A stretch of DNA of 64,000 nucleotides from Candidatus Saccharimonadota bacterium. Lineage in GTDB: Bacteria; Patescibacteriota; Saccharimonadia; Saccharimonadales; JAXHMH01. The position numbers were made by a program, and so were the translations under genes. Shown one piece after another: positions 40,376 to 50,663 of this stretch; position 1 is the stretch's first letter, and each line of letters begins with the position of its first letter. The stretch covers positions 344,379 to 408,378 of the forward strand of contig JAXHMH010000002.1 of NCBI GenBank assembly GCA_034521515.1, in the 5' to 3' direction. The notes beneath the pieces are model-generated. The model was not told the DNA's origin. It made no database searches and worked only from the letters and a program-made list of their open reading frames with translations.

Positions 40376-42466
40376 TTAATATGTACCGGTGTGCCAGGTT
40401 GGTCGTCCGGTACTTTTCCGGTACAAAACTAAATTGTTATCTTCCTGTAAGACCAACCTCGAAGACCCCATGCCGTTTGTATTTGTGTACCAAACAGGGT
40501 CTCCATCAGTGTTGTAGAGCACCAAATTACCGTCGCTCTGCATGGCGAGATATTTAATGTTTTCTCCAACAGTGTACGTTGCCCATAGCGCCTTGCCTTG
40601 GTCATATAACACCAAGTTCCCGTCACTTTGTATTACTAGTTTTCGTTTACGGTCAGCGGTTTCTAATTTTTGGCCGGGGAAAAGTTTATAAGCAGGCAGG
40701 GTAGGGGTAACATGTTTAAGCATGTGCGGCCTTTGTACAGTATTACTTGCCCATAAGGGCACATTATCTTCGCTATACACAACCATATTCCCATCATGCT
40801 GTACGGCGAACCAAGCTCCTGCATTGCCATATGTTCCAGTGTGCCAAACAGGGTTTCCGCTGGTGTTGTACAACACTAAATTGCCATCCCCCTGCATAAC
40901 CAACCTTTTTAGTTGGTTATGGGGGCTCTTTTGCCAGATTTCTTCAAAACTACTCATTAGTCTTAAGCTCTTCTTCTCAAGACGTAGTACGTTATATCTA
41001 TCAGAAGAAAGTAGATGTTCGCCAAAGTTAATTTGTTCGCCAGGCTCCAGAATGTTTTTTGTATTAGCCGGATTAAGCTCACTAGTAACATGGACTGTAA
41101 AAGTAAGTCCATTTGCTTTCATCCACTTCTTGCCCTCAACAACCATGTTGAACGATTCTTTGTATGTCCCGAGTTCTTGGGGTGCAGTTATAGAAAATTC
41201 GTAAGTACCAAAAGTGCCTGGTACGACTTCGGTTTCGGCAAGCTTAGATGCGCGCGTAGAGCTAAGCCAGCTTTCATCTGCGAAAATGCTGCTTCTATCT
41301 TGTTTGTTCCAGGTTCCTAGATGAGTCTTTGATTGTGTCCAGCTCTTATTGCCTATGTTGTGAACTTTGACTCGTATATAGGCGGTTTCACCAGGAAGGA
41401 GAGAGATATCTTTTTTTGTAAATTTTGTTGTTCGCTGAGAATTTATGTATACCTCACTTGTCTCGAGTGACCATCCATAATCAATGTTGGAGTGCGTAGA
41501 CCCGAACCAGTCATTATACATGCGCCAGAAGTTCCGGTTACCGTAAGCGCTACAACCATTTCCGGTACCATAAAGATTATCCAGTGCGGCTTTGTTGGGT
41601 TGATAAGGCGTGTAGTTATAAAGCCCGGCGGTTGCTTGTGAGCGCAGAAGTAAATCGGTGCCACCACAACCAGTATTGGGATTGTATTGGACGTAGTTAA
41701 CAAATCCGACGCGATAATTCGGCCCGTCAACCTTATCATAGTGTTTGTAAACTCGGCCTGCATAGTATACCTGGTTGAAAAATCCTTCATACTGGTCATA
41801 GCAACCGTTTTGATTGCTATCAACCTTGCTGGACAGTTTGGTATCTGGGCAACCATAGCCGGTTGCCTTTGTATACTGGATGCCCCATGGCCATGTGTCT
41901 TTAATCAAGCTTTGCTCCTTTTGTAGCAGTACAAGCAACACTCTGGTGCTAACTCCGCAAGCTTTGGAGACATCATGGATTATTTGAGCAGCAGGCTGAT
42001 CGCTTTTGGAGCTGATCGCTTTACACAATCCTGACTCGGCAGGCTTTGACGGTGTGTTTATCCTGTAATCTTTGAGGCAAGTGTACGGTGCACGAGACCC
42101 GTAGGTCGGGCCAAGGTCATCATAAACCCGCTGTCCGTAGATAGCACGAGATGTCGTAACCCACTGGTCTCCATTCCATTCACCATCACGGTTGTTTACT
42201 TCTCCTGTGTCTGGGTTGTAATAATAAGATCGAGACTTCTCACCATCTGTATCACAAACTGGTACTTTACTATTTAAAAACGTCTGAATTTGTGAAACAG
42301 TCAAGTCGCCGGCTCTGAAAAACACCGTGTCGTCCATGATTCTTTCAGGATTGAATTGGCTGCCGGATAAGGCGCTTGTTGGTGTAGTTTGCAGGGTGGT
42401 AAATATGCCAGACAAGACGAGGACTGTCAAAAGTGTTATCGATAAGTATTTGTGTAAGGTTTTCAT
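40376..42466 (-). CDS. Secreted multidomain protein with two C-terminal bulb-type (GNA-like) mannose-binding lectin domains
   Basis: Signal peptide present. Five QxDxNxVxY motifs occur: QGDGNLVLY, QHDGNMVVY, QSDGNLVLY, QSDGNLVLY and QEDNNLVLY. A central Ig-like/NBR1-FW-like segment is GETAYIRVKVHNIGNKSW...GTYEFSITAP. The N-terminal ~330 aa contain RVLLVLLQKEQSLI; their function was not assigned. Confidence 0.7.
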   Translation of the reverse strand: MKTLHKYLSITLLTVLVLSGIFTTLQTTPTSALSGSQFNPERIMDDTVFFRAGDLTVSQIQTFLNSKVPVCDTDGEKSRSYYYNPDTGEVNNRDGEWNGDQWVTTSRAIYGQRVYDDLGPTYGSRAPYTCLKDYRINTPSKPAESGLCKAISSKSDQPAAQIIHDVSKACGVSTRVLLVLLQKEQSLIKDTWPWGIQYTKATGYGCPDTKLSSKVDSNQNGCYDQYEGFFNQVYYAGRVYKHYDKVDGPNYRVGFVNYVQYNPNTGCGGTDLLLRSQATAGLYNYTPYQPNKAALDNLYGTGNGCSAYGNRNFWRMYNDWFGSTHSNIDYGWSLETSEVYINSQRTTKFTKKDISLLPGETAYIRVKVHNIGNKSWTQSKTHLGTWNKQDRSSIFADESWLSSTRASKLAETEVVPGTFGTYEFSITAPQELGTYKESFNMVVEGKKWMKANGLTFTVHVTSELNPANTKNILEPGEQINFGEHLLSSDRYNVLRLEKKSLRLMSSFEEIWQKSPHNQLKRLVMQGDGNLVLYNTSGNPVWHTGTYGNAGAWFAVQHDGNMVVYSEDNVPLWASNTVQRPHMLKHVTPTLPAYKLFPGQKLETADRKRKLVIQSDGNLVLYDQGKALWATYTVGENIKYLAMQSDGNLVLYNTDGDPVWYTNTNGMGSSRLVLQEDNNLVLYRKSTGRPTWHTGTY

Positions 42467-42471
42467 AATTT

Positions 42472-42987
42472 TTATTTTACCGTAACCTCTTTAGTGTCTG
42501 ACAAACCTGAAGCTACTTCTGACGAGTATTCTACAATTGCTGTCCATTTACCGGGTGTTAGTTTTGACAGAGGTACTTTTATAAAACCACAGGAGACATC
42601 GGAAACGTTGCGTGTTGCTGTACTCGTTGCTTTAACTTCTTTGGATCCGCTTTTCAGAGTGAGTTCGCAGGTGCCACCGTCTTCAAATATGCTCGGAACA
42701 CGTGCCGCAAGCTCGAAGTACTCACCAGATTGACCCCAAGAAGTAATTTGTGGGGTTACCTGGCTACTACTATTTGAAGTAGTGTTGTTTTCTTCACTGG
42801 GCTGATTTGCTAGTTCTTCCTTGTGCTTTTCAGCTTCCTGTAAATCAGTTTCGTCAATGCCTGGTTGTTCGACGCTATTATTGGATGAAGTAGCGTATAT
42901 ATAAGCGGCAGAAAGAATAACAAGCAACAGGGCTAGTAAAATTAAGCCGATGCGTTTATTAGTGCGCGATTTTGTAGAATATTTCAT
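42472..42987 (-). CDS. Membrane-anchored hypothetical protein
   Basis: N-terminal TM (IGLILLALLLVILSAAYIY), a low-complexity linker and a ~90-aa beta-rich C-terminal domain. It is co-oriented with the lectin gene and 5 nt from it. Confidence 0.45.
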   Translation of the reverse strand: MKYSTKSRTNKRIGLILLALLLVILSAAYIYATSSNNSVEQPGIDETDLQEAEKHKEELANQPSEENNTTSNSSSQVTPQITSWGQSGEYFELAARVPSIFEDGGTCELTLKSGSKEVKATSTATRNVSDVSCGFIKVPLSKLTPGKWTAIVEYSSEVASGLSDTKEVTVK

Positions 42988-43413
42988 TTTTTGTTTTACT
43001 TTACGTATCTGTATGATATCATATTATTCTCCAAAAAGCAATAGCTAAAATTAAGAATTAGCGGATTGTAATTATAGCACATAATAATCAAGAAATCCTG
43101 ACAACGGCATCTATCTGCATGTTATGATAAGTGGCAAATGAGAGATAGAAAACTTTTAAGAACTAGATTTCAGGATAATTTTTGGTCTTGGGTTGAGGCG
43201 TTACCTATCATATTGCCAGTATTCTTGGCTTCTTTCGGCTTGGTTATTATGCTTTTACTTTTGCTGGGAGTTTTTTATGCGAGCTACGTATATATTTCGG
43301 GCTACCAATTGCAGCGCTTTCATGTTTGATGGTCTACCGCTTAGATAAAACACCACATATCGTATGTGTTTTTGAATCTGCTTAGACATCTTTCATGATA
43401 TTATCGTTATCGT

Positions 43414-44898
43414 ATGAGGAAAACGAAAAAAACACTTGATGTTATCACAAACAAAGCAATAGACATCCTTGGCAAAAAAGAGTTATTTTATTTTATTTTA
43501 TTTATTGCGGTATTCCAGGGCGTATGGTACGCACTTTCAATCATTCCTGGGATGTTTGACGAAGTAAGACATATCGACGCTATAATGTTCCAAAAAGAGC
43601 TAATAAATCCCTTTATAGATAGTCAGCCAGAGCATTGGGATATTATTGGTAATGGTATTAGAGATCCAAGTTATTTATTCTACTACCTTATGAGTTGGCC
43701 GGTCCGGTTAATTGCAGCAATTACGAACAACCAAGCTGCCCAGGTAATTGCATTGCGCTTGATTATGGTCGGGTTTTTTACATGGGCGTTATTTTTGTGG
43801 AGGAAAGCGCTTCTCAGGCTATCTATAAGTCCTATATCTATAAATGTCGGGCTACTATTTGTCGTTTTAACACCTGCAACAGCACCATTAGCGGGGACCA
43901 TTAATTACGACAACCTTATATTTTTCGCTACAGCCCTGTGCCTACTTTTCTCAATAAAGGTTATTAACACAAAGAGGATAGAGATTAACTCGCTTATTGG
44001 CCTACTCGCTACCGGTATGTTTTTTAGTGTTATAAAATATACATTTTTAGCAATATTTATCCCTATTTTGGCATATACTCTGTGGCGTCTATTTTCGAGC
44101 TACGGTAAAAAATTACCCTCATTGTTGAGAAGTTCGTTTAAGCAACTATCAAGCGCCGGGAAGATAGTTGGTGTATTATTGCTCGTAATCTCTTTTGGTC
44201 TTTTTTTGGAGAGGCCGATATACAATACCGTTAGATATGGCAATCCAAAGCCCGCCTGCAAACAGATAATTGATGAACGTAGATGTTCGGCTAATGATTT
44301 GATCAAGAGCAGAATCACACTACAAAAAAATCGTCCGGCCGATTTCAAACCCAAAAGTCCATTTGAATATGGGTTGAAAAACTGGGCTCCAATAATGATT
44401 ACTGGGAGCAGCCGAGTGATAAATGCCCAAACTCCAACGATCGTCATGCATTTTTTGTATTATTCTTTTGCCTTTACCGGAATAGGTATGGTTATTTATT
44501 ATCTAAGAGACCACCTGCAGTTTAAAGCGAATATACTATTACTAATTGTTGTACTTACTTATTTAGCAGTACTCTTTCTTACCAATTATTCATCTTACAA
44601 TAAAAATGCAGGAGTTGTGGCGGTCAATGCGAGATATTTTTTGCCAGTATTGCCAATTCTACTCGTGTTTGTGGCTGAGTCGTTTTTAAGGGCACTCAGA
44701 AAATACAGAGCAGTATCAACAGTCCTATTGACTGTTATTATTTTGAGCTTTTCGCAAGGTGGAGGGTTGATAAGTACGTTAATTGTATTTAACCAGCAGC
44801 ATTATTGGAACAATAGCCTAGTAATACAGGTGAATAATAAAACAAAAAAAGCTTTGCACAATATTGTATTTGAAAGAACTCCATTTCGTAGACTGTAG
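43414..44898 (+). CDS. Polytopic membrane protein, GT-C-fold glycosyltransferase candidate
   Basis: More than 10 hydrophobic helices. An acidic motif in the first extracytoplasmic loop (GMFDEVRHID) recalls the DE/DxD loop of PMT/ArnT/DUF2142-type enzymes. It sits in the glycan locus. Confidence 0.4.
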   Translation: MRKTKKTLDVITNKAIDILGKKELFYFILFIAVFQGVWYALSIIPGMFDEVRHIDAIMFQKELINPFIDSQPEHWDIIGNGIRDPSYLFYYLMSWPVRLIAAITNNQAAQVIALRLIMVGFFTWALFLWRKALLRLSISPISINVGLLFVVLTPATAPLAGTINYDNLIFFATALCLLFSIKVINTKRIEINSLIGLLATGMFFSVIKYTFLAIFIPILAYTLWRLFSSYGKKLPSLLRSSFKQLSSAGKIVGVLLLVISFGLFLERPIYNTVRYGNPKPACKQIIDERRCSANDLIKSRITLQKNRPADFKPKSPFEYGLKNWAPIMITGSSRVINAQTPTIVMHFLYYSFAFTGIGMVIYYLRDHLQFKANILLLIVVLTYLAVLFLTNYSSYNKNAGVVAVNARYFLPVLPILLVFVAESFLRALRKYRAVSTVLLTVIILSFSQGGGLISTLIVFNQQHYWNNSLVIQVNNKTKKALHNIVFERTPFRRL

Positions 44899-45019
44899 CC
44901 ATTAATAAATGGATGCAGTTGCGATGGTTGTCGCAGCTACGATGAGGTCATGTTGGGGAATTGTCTGTCCTGATTTTATGATGCGCAATGAAAACAGTAA
45001 ACACTGATATACTAGTTGA

Positions 45020-46159
45020 ATGAAGATAACGGTTTTAAGTAGTCTTCCGCCTACAAAAGGGGTGAGTAAATATACCGCGGGATTGCTCGGAGGTTTACAC
45101 AAACACACAGAAGTTGAGGCCGTTGGATTTAAACGGATGTATCCTGAATTTTTGTATCCTGGTGGCACAAAAGACGACAGCCTAAAACCTATTTATCTAG
45201 AGGGCGTCAAAGTTAGGAACACATTGACATGGTATAACCCGTTCGGTTGGGTTTGGGCAGGGCTCACAATAAAAGGTGACGTCGTTCACGCCCAGTGGTG
45301 GAGCTACGTATTAGCACCGGTGTATGCCACCATTTTGTTTATAGCTAAGTTTATAAGACGAAAAAAAATCATCATCACCATACATAACGTAAAACCTCAC
45401 GAACAAGGATTTATAAAAAACCTGGCCAATAAGATTATTTTTGCACTCGGTGATAAGTTTATAGTTCATACCAAACAGAATAAAAAAGAGCTAACCAAAA
45501 GTTTCAAAATACCAGCTAGTAAAGTAACAGTTATCTCCCATGGTGTACTGATGCCGGACGTTCCAATAAGGGACACAACCAAAAAACAGGCAAGGAAACA
45601 ACTTGGTATTGCAGATAACAAAAAAGTTCTGTTATTTTTTGGTATAATCCGCGACTACAAAGGATTGGACGTACTGTTGAGTGCGCTTGCTGAAGTGAAA
45701 AAGCAAGTCCCTGAAGTCCTTTTGCTTATAGCAGGGAAACCGTGGGAAGGATGGAGTAAATATCAGAGAATAATCGATAAAAATAATTTACAAGATACCG
45801 TAAAAACCGATCTACGTTTTATCCCTGAGGAAGATATCGAGATGTACTTTGCTGCCACTGATCTAGTTGTCTTGCCCTATAAACATTTTGACGCGCAAAG
45901 CGGAGCAGGCTCATTGGCTTTACCATTCGGCAAGGCAATGCTTGTAACTGATAACGGCGGTTTAAGTGAACTGGTTAAAGATGAAGCAGCAGTCGTTGAA
46001 CCAAATAGCAAAAAAGATCTTTCAAAAAAGATTGTCAGTGTACTCAATGACTCAGAATTAAGAAAAAAGCTGGATAAAGACTCTCTTGATTTGGCTAAAC
46101 AACTCTCTTGGGATGAAATTGCCAAAGAAACACGAAAATTATACAAAAAACTAATGTAG
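45020..46159 (+). CDS. Glycosyltransferase, GT4/GT1-like
   Basis: MKITVLSSLPPTKGVSKY, and a C-terminal Glycos_transf_1-like region (LIAGKPWEG...DLVVLPYKHFDAQSGAGSLALPFGKAMLVTDNGGLSELV). Confidence 0.65.
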   Translation: MKITVLSSLPPTKGVSKYTAGLLGGLHKHTEVEAVGFKRMYPEFLYPGGTKDDSLKPIYLEGVKVRNTLTWYNPFGWVWAGLTIKGDVVHAQWWSYVLAPVYATILFIAKFIRRKKIIITIHNVKPHEQGFIKNLANKIIFALGDKFIVHTKQNKKELTKSFKIPASKVTVISHGVLMPDVPIRDTTKKQARKQLGIADNKKVLLFFGIIRDYKGLDVLLSALAEVKKQVPEVLLLIAGKPWEGWSKYQRIIDKNNLQDTVKTDLRFIPEEDIEMYFAATDLVVLPYKHFDAQSGAGSLALPFGKAMLVTDNGGLSELVKDEAAVVEPNSKKDLSKKIVSVLNDSELRKKLDKDSLDLAKQLSWDEIAKETRKLYKKLM

Positions 46160-46305
46160 GAAGATGGCTTACCCACGAACTTGTAAAACTTTGCATCTAA
46201 CGGCAAATAATATTGTGCTTTTAACCGAGAGTGAAAAGCAGACTTATTGCTCCAATTGTATTACAATAACTTACTGTGTTGTTTAAGTAGTATTAACACT
46301 TATCT

Positions 46306-47391
46306 ATGAAAAAAATTATAAAGCTAATAGCCTCAATACCTCTAGTGCGACCAGCACATAAAATGTTTAAACGGACACTCTTTTCTGTTGCTTCAATAAA
46401 TAGAGTGGCAAGTACGCTATATCACCAGATATCATTTTTTACTTATAACAGGGAGCAGTATGCTGTCCTTAAGGGTGCTAAAGCGTATTTTAATAATATA
46501 AAGAAGTCTAGGCCGAGCAGGGTTGAGTTGCGCAGGAACATTCATCGTATCGAAAAAGGCTTACTCATGAGGCCCCGAAGAAAAGTTTTTGCTAAAGACT
46601 ATATTTATGAAACGGTTGTATCATATAAAGCTGTTGCACAAGATATAGCAAAGGGTATTGTAGTTGATGAAAGCGAAGCTCAGTGGGCTCACGATGTTTT
46701 AGACGAATATTTTAACGTTATACAGGTAGATGGTGATAAGCAAGTTCGCAAGGCACATGACGTGTTCGAGGGGATGCAAAGGAAAAGCAAAGTAAAAACA
46801 CAAAACAACAAACCGTACAATTATAAAGAAATTAAAAAGTCAGAAATAGGCTACGAAGAGTTTCTTAAGCTTTCTTTGCAACGTAGGTCAGTACGTTGGT
46901 TTAAAAAGAAAAAGGTACCCAGAGAACTAGTTGACAAGGCGGTTATCGTTGGAAGACAAGCTCCTACAGCATGCAACCGCATACCTTATGAGTTTAGGAT
47001 TTATGACGATCCTGAGTTAGTACGTAAGATTGCAGGAATCCCTTTCGGTACAGCTGGTTACGCCCACAACATACCGATGATTATAGTATTGGTCGGAAGA
47101 CTGGACAGCTATTTTGAGGCCAGTGATAGACATGCAATTTATATTGACGCCTCACTTGCAGCGATGTCATTCATGTTTGCCCTAGAAACACTGGGTCTCA
47201 ATTCATTGGCTATACACTGGCCGGCATACGAGTTTATGGAACGTAAAATGCAAAAACTTTTAGGGCTTAAGGTTTACGAAAGACCGATATTTCTAATGGG
47301 GGTAGGGTATGCAGAGCCAGAAGGCATGATAGCTTTCTCCCAAAAGAAACCTCTAGATATTCTTAGGTCATACAATAAGATAGATAATTGA
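46306..47391 (+). CDS. Nitroreductase-family protein
   Basis: LQRRSVRWFKKKKVPRELVDKAVIVGRQAPTACNRIPYEFRIY is an FMN nitroreductase signature. It has an extended N-terminal domain. Confidence 0.6.
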   Translation: MKKIIKLIASIPLVRPAHKMFKRTLFSVASINRVASTLYHQISFFTYNREQYAVLKGAKAYFNNIKKSRPSRVELRRNIHRIEKGLLMRPRRKVFAKDYIYETVVSYKAVAQDIAKGIVVDESEAQWAHDVLDEYFNVIQVDGDKQVRKAHDVFEGMQRKSKVKTQNNKPYNYKEIKKSEIGYEEFLKLSLQRRSVRWFKKKKVPRELVDKAVIVGRQAPTACNRIPYEFRIYDDPELVRKIAGIPFGTAGYAHNIPMIIVLVGRLDSYFEASDRHAIYIDASLAAMSFMFALETLGLNSLAIHWPAYEFMERKMQKLLGLKVYERPIFLMGVGYAEPEGMIAFSQKKPLDILRSYNKIDN

Positions 47392-47423
47392 AGCCGAAGA
47401 AACTGCGATAAACAGGCTTTCCG

Positions 47424-48662
47424 CTAGTTGTTTTTTAGAATATTGTTTATTTTGTTTACATTTTCCAAAGAGCTTTTCTTTATCTTTTCATTTTTCGATT
47501 TTAGTGTTTTTGTCATCGAGTCGTGGTTTTCTAAGATGTCATTCAACTTTTCATTAACTGTGAATCTATCAATATATTTTGCATCGATTATATATTCCTG
47601 CATACCCAAAGTACTCATTATACCCAAAGTCTTGTGGCTATAGCTCAACGCGATGGTTGGAACGTTGGTTGATAATGCTGCTATGTTTGAATGCATACGA
47701 GAACCTAAAAAAACCTTACAGAAGGATATTATGCCCTTTACTTCCTGTGGCCCATAGTCGTCATTGAGTGCAAACGCATTTTTTCTATTTTTCATGTTAG
47801 CAAGAATGCTATTCGCCACGATTCGGTCATCCTTTTCGTCTGTAGGCCCCGTCACGTGACTAACAAATAAAACGTTAACTCCAAAATTATCTATTACATC
47901 GTCAAGAATATTTGCAAAACTAATATCAAAGTATTCTTTATTTACTTTATTAAATCTTTTTTGAATTATACCGCTAACAGTAATCCCTAACAGAGGTTTA
48001 GATAAATCGACTTTTTCTTTCTGAAGTACTTTATTTATTTTTATTTTTGGTATTGGCTCTAGTAGAAAGGCCATGTCTGACTCTAGATACAATTTGTTTT
48101 TCGGTAGTCCCAAGCTTTCTAGATATTCATAAGTAACTCTTTCACGTGCCGTAATACCAGCACATCCTCGCAAAGTTAACTTTACCAACCATCTAGTTAA
48201 CTTAAACGGCCCCATAGATTGGGCGCAGATATAGACCGGTGTTCCGAGTAGATGAGCAGACATAATTGGTAAAAGGTGAGAGTAGGTTACATGAGGCCCG
48301 TAATCTTCCGTAATGGTATCTCCGCTAAGATCAATCAGTATATCGGCTTCTTTTATAGCTTTTAATTCTTTGGTCAGAAGTAAGAAATTCAGATTTATTC
48401 CGACTTTTGAGAGCGCCCAATAAATCGACAATGGCAACAATAAAAAACTAGAGCTTATTATTTTTCGACGACGAGATCTGACTATATTGTAGTTTCTATA
48501 TAAATTCTTGTCATATTCTGGGAAAGGAGCGCTTATAGTAATCTCACAATTTGGCCATCGCTTTTTTAATGCTCCAGCCGTGGCGAGTTGCATCGCAGCA
48601 TCACCTTTATTGTATGAGGAATAGGTGCCTGTCAATAAAAAACTAAACTTCTTATTTTCCAT
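47424..48662 (-). CDS. Polysaccharide pyruvyl transferase family protein
   Basis: LLTGTYSSYNKGDAAMQLATAGALKKRWP and LGSRMHSNIAALSTNVPTIALSY are WcaK/CsaB-type PS_pyruv_trans motifs. Confidence 0.7.
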   Translation of the reverse strand: MENKKFSFLLTGTYSSYNKGDAAMQLATAGALKKRWPNCEITISAPFPEYDKNLYRNYNIVRSRRRKIISSSFLLLPLSIYWALSKVGINLNFLLLTKELKAIKEADILIDLSGDTITEDYGPHVTYSHLLPIMSAHLLGTPVYICAQSMGPFKLTRWLVKLTLRGCAGITARERVTYEYLESLGLPKNKLYLESDMAFLLEPIPKIKINKVLQKEKVDLSKPLLGITVSGIIQKRFNKVNKEYFDISFANILDDVIDNFGVNVLFVSHVTGPTDEKDDRIVANSILANMKNRKNAFALNDDYGPQEVKGIISFCKVFLGSRMHSNIAALSTNVPTIALSYSHKTLGIMSTLGMQEYIIDAKYIDRFTVNEKLNDILENHDSMTKTLKSKNEKIKKSSLENVNKINNILKNN

Positions 48663-48883
48663 TCCGGTAAACCCTTAATTAAAATACTCAGTCAGACTAT
48701 AGTCTACACTAATGACTTGCCTAATAGTAACCTGTAACGGGCTTTATAATCATTAAGGTGCCACTGTAATTCAAGTAGCGCATTTCTTTTGTAGCAAGTC
48801 TGTTCTAGTATAATAGAGATGAGCGATTTGTCTGTATAATGTCTATCGTAGTCTGATATTGCAAATAAGAGGAGCTTTTTTTA

Positions 48884-49921
48884 GTGAAAAATGCCAAACC
48901 TAAATTCAATGGTCCCCTATTTGTTATCGGGATGTCACGGAGCGGGACAAAGCTTCTCATGAATATTCTTAATAACAGTCCAGAGATATGCATACCTAGC
49001 TCTGAGTCCCATTTTATTCCTTATTTGGTAGAGAATTTCTCCAAAAACCGTTTTCCGCTTAATAAACGTGATAAAAATAAGCTTAAGTATATTCTTACAG
49101 AGGGCATTTTTTACCATGAAGTTAAGAGAGAAACTAAAGAATTTGATGAGCTGCATATCGACAGTATATTAAAAGCAAAAAATGTACAAGAAGTCATTGA
49201 AAATACCATACGCCAGACAAGCAAGGATCAATCTAAAAAAGATGCGACTATTTGGGGCGATAAAACCCCAAACAATTTATTGCACATCTGCCTCTTAAAA
49301 AAAGCTTTTCCAGAGGCAAAGTTTGTCCATATTATTCGTGACCCCCGGGAGCGTGCCTTATCGGCGCATAAAGCATGGGGAGCAAATATGTATTTATCGG
49401 CTGATCGGTGGCGTAGAAGCGTAGAGTCAGCGAGACGACAAGGTCAGGCTATAGGAGCGGACTATATAGAGGTGCAGTACGAAAAATTAGTAAATCATCC
49501 GGAAAAAGAAGTAGAAAAGGTATGCACTTTCTTGAATATTAGGTTTTCTAATAGTCTTTTATATTTCGAAGACCCCCTAGAGAACCATAATACTGCGGGG
49601 AGCAAGACCAATGCTGCACAAACAATTGTAAAAAATAATACTGAAAAATTCAGAACAGAAGTAAGTTCAGATATAGTTAAACGTATGGAAATGATTGCTA
49701 GTCCGACAATAATACAACTAGGGTATTCAAGAAAAACCAGTAACAATAAAGAGCCTTCGTTAAGTAAAAATCATAGGAAGTTTTTAATGGCACAAGATTA
49801 TGTTCGCTCTGTCATGTACCACATGCGAAGGTGGGGTGTCTGGAACGGTTTACGTTTCGTCAAGTGGAGAAGTATTATAAATAAAGTAGGCAGAGCGAAC
49901 AAAAATGATAATCAGCGATAA
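48884..49921 (+). CDS. Sulfotransferase (PAPS-dependent)
   Basis: The 5'-PSB-like loop is FVIGMSRSGTKLLMNIL and the 3'-PB-like motif is HIIRDPRERALS. Confidence 0.7.
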   Translation: MKNAKPKFNGPLFVIGMSRSGTKLLMNILNNSPEICIPSSESHFIPYLVENFSKNRFPLNKRDKNKLKYILTEGIFYHEVKRETKEFDELHIDSILKAKNVQEVIENTIRQTSKDQSKKDATIWGDKTPNNLLHICLLKKAFPEAKFVHIIRDPRERALSAHKAWGANMYLSADRWRRSVESARRQGQAIGADYIEVQYEKLVNHPEKEVEKVCTFLNIRFSNSLLYFEDPLENHNTAGSKTNAAQTIVKNNTEKFRTEVSSDIVKRMEMIASPTIIQLGYSRKTSNNKEPSLSKNHRKFLMAQDYVRSVMYHMRRWGVWNGLRFVKWRSIINKVGRANKNDNQR

Positions 49922-50660
49922 ACATAAGTATGTCTTTCTTGAAACCCCGCATACAGGGTCAACAGCTATAAGCAAAGAATTGCGAGAAAATTATTCTGGG
50001 GAAGAAGTGCTGCACAAACATGCAAATTACCACGAGTTTCTTAAGGTTGCTTCACCTGAGCAGAAAAAATACTTTGTTTTTGCTGGGCTAAGGAATCCGC
50101 TCGATGAAGCAACGAGCGTGTATAGTAAATTTTTATTCAATCATAAAGGCAACTATACAAATAATAAAAAAGAACTTGACCGAGGTGGCTGGGTGACCAA
50201 AAGAAAAGTAGAAATATTTAAGCTGGTTGCTTCAGGAGGAAGTTTTTGCCAATTTTTGGAGAAATACTACCCGCGCACCTACACCAGTAATATTAATATC
50301 AATAAAAGACATGTAGATCACGTTATTAGGTTTGAAGATATCAACAAAGATTTCATGGAAGTGCTTGAAAAACTTAACATTAAACCACTAAGAGATTTGC
50401 CGGTGGTCAATAAGACAAAGAAAGAAGGTAATTTTAAAGAATATTATGACTATGAATGTAGGGGCTATGCGATAAAGATTTTTAGTCCGTTCATGAAGGA
50501 GTGGGGTTACGAGTTGCCAAAAGGGTGGCCAAATAAAAAAGTACGTGCATGGAGTCTAGGCGTCTATAGTTTTAACAAGATTGGCAGGGTTGCTTACTCT
50601 AGTCACATAAAAACTGGTCCGCTTAAAAAACTTACAGCACTTCGCAACATATTGGAATAA
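49905..50660 (+). CDS. Sulfotransferase family 2-like protein
   Basis: KYVFLETPHTGSTAISKEL (PKTGGT-like PAPS loop) and GLRNPLDEATSVYSK (RNPxDR-like). It overlaps the upstream sulfotransferase gene by 17 nt. Confidence 0.6.
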   Translation: MIISDKHKYVFLETPHTGSTAISKELRENYSGEEVLHKHANYHEFLKVASPEQKKYFVFAGLRNPLDEATSVYSKFLFNHKGNYTNNKKELDRGGWVTKRKVEIFKLVASGGSFCQFLEKYYPRTYTSNININKRHVDHVIRFEDINKDFMEVLEKLNIKPLRDLPVVNKTKKEGNFKEYYDYECRGYAIKIFSPFMKEWGYELPKGWPNKKVRAWSLGVYSFNKIGRVAYSSHIKTGPLKKLTALRNILE

Positions 50661-50663
50661 CGG

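Noticed and set aside
43138-43329. 63-aa ORF with one hydrophobic stretch upstream of the GT-C-like gene
   Set aside because: There is no SD or promoter context that I could support and no recognisable family. It could be a real small membrane protein, but the evidence is insufficient to call it.
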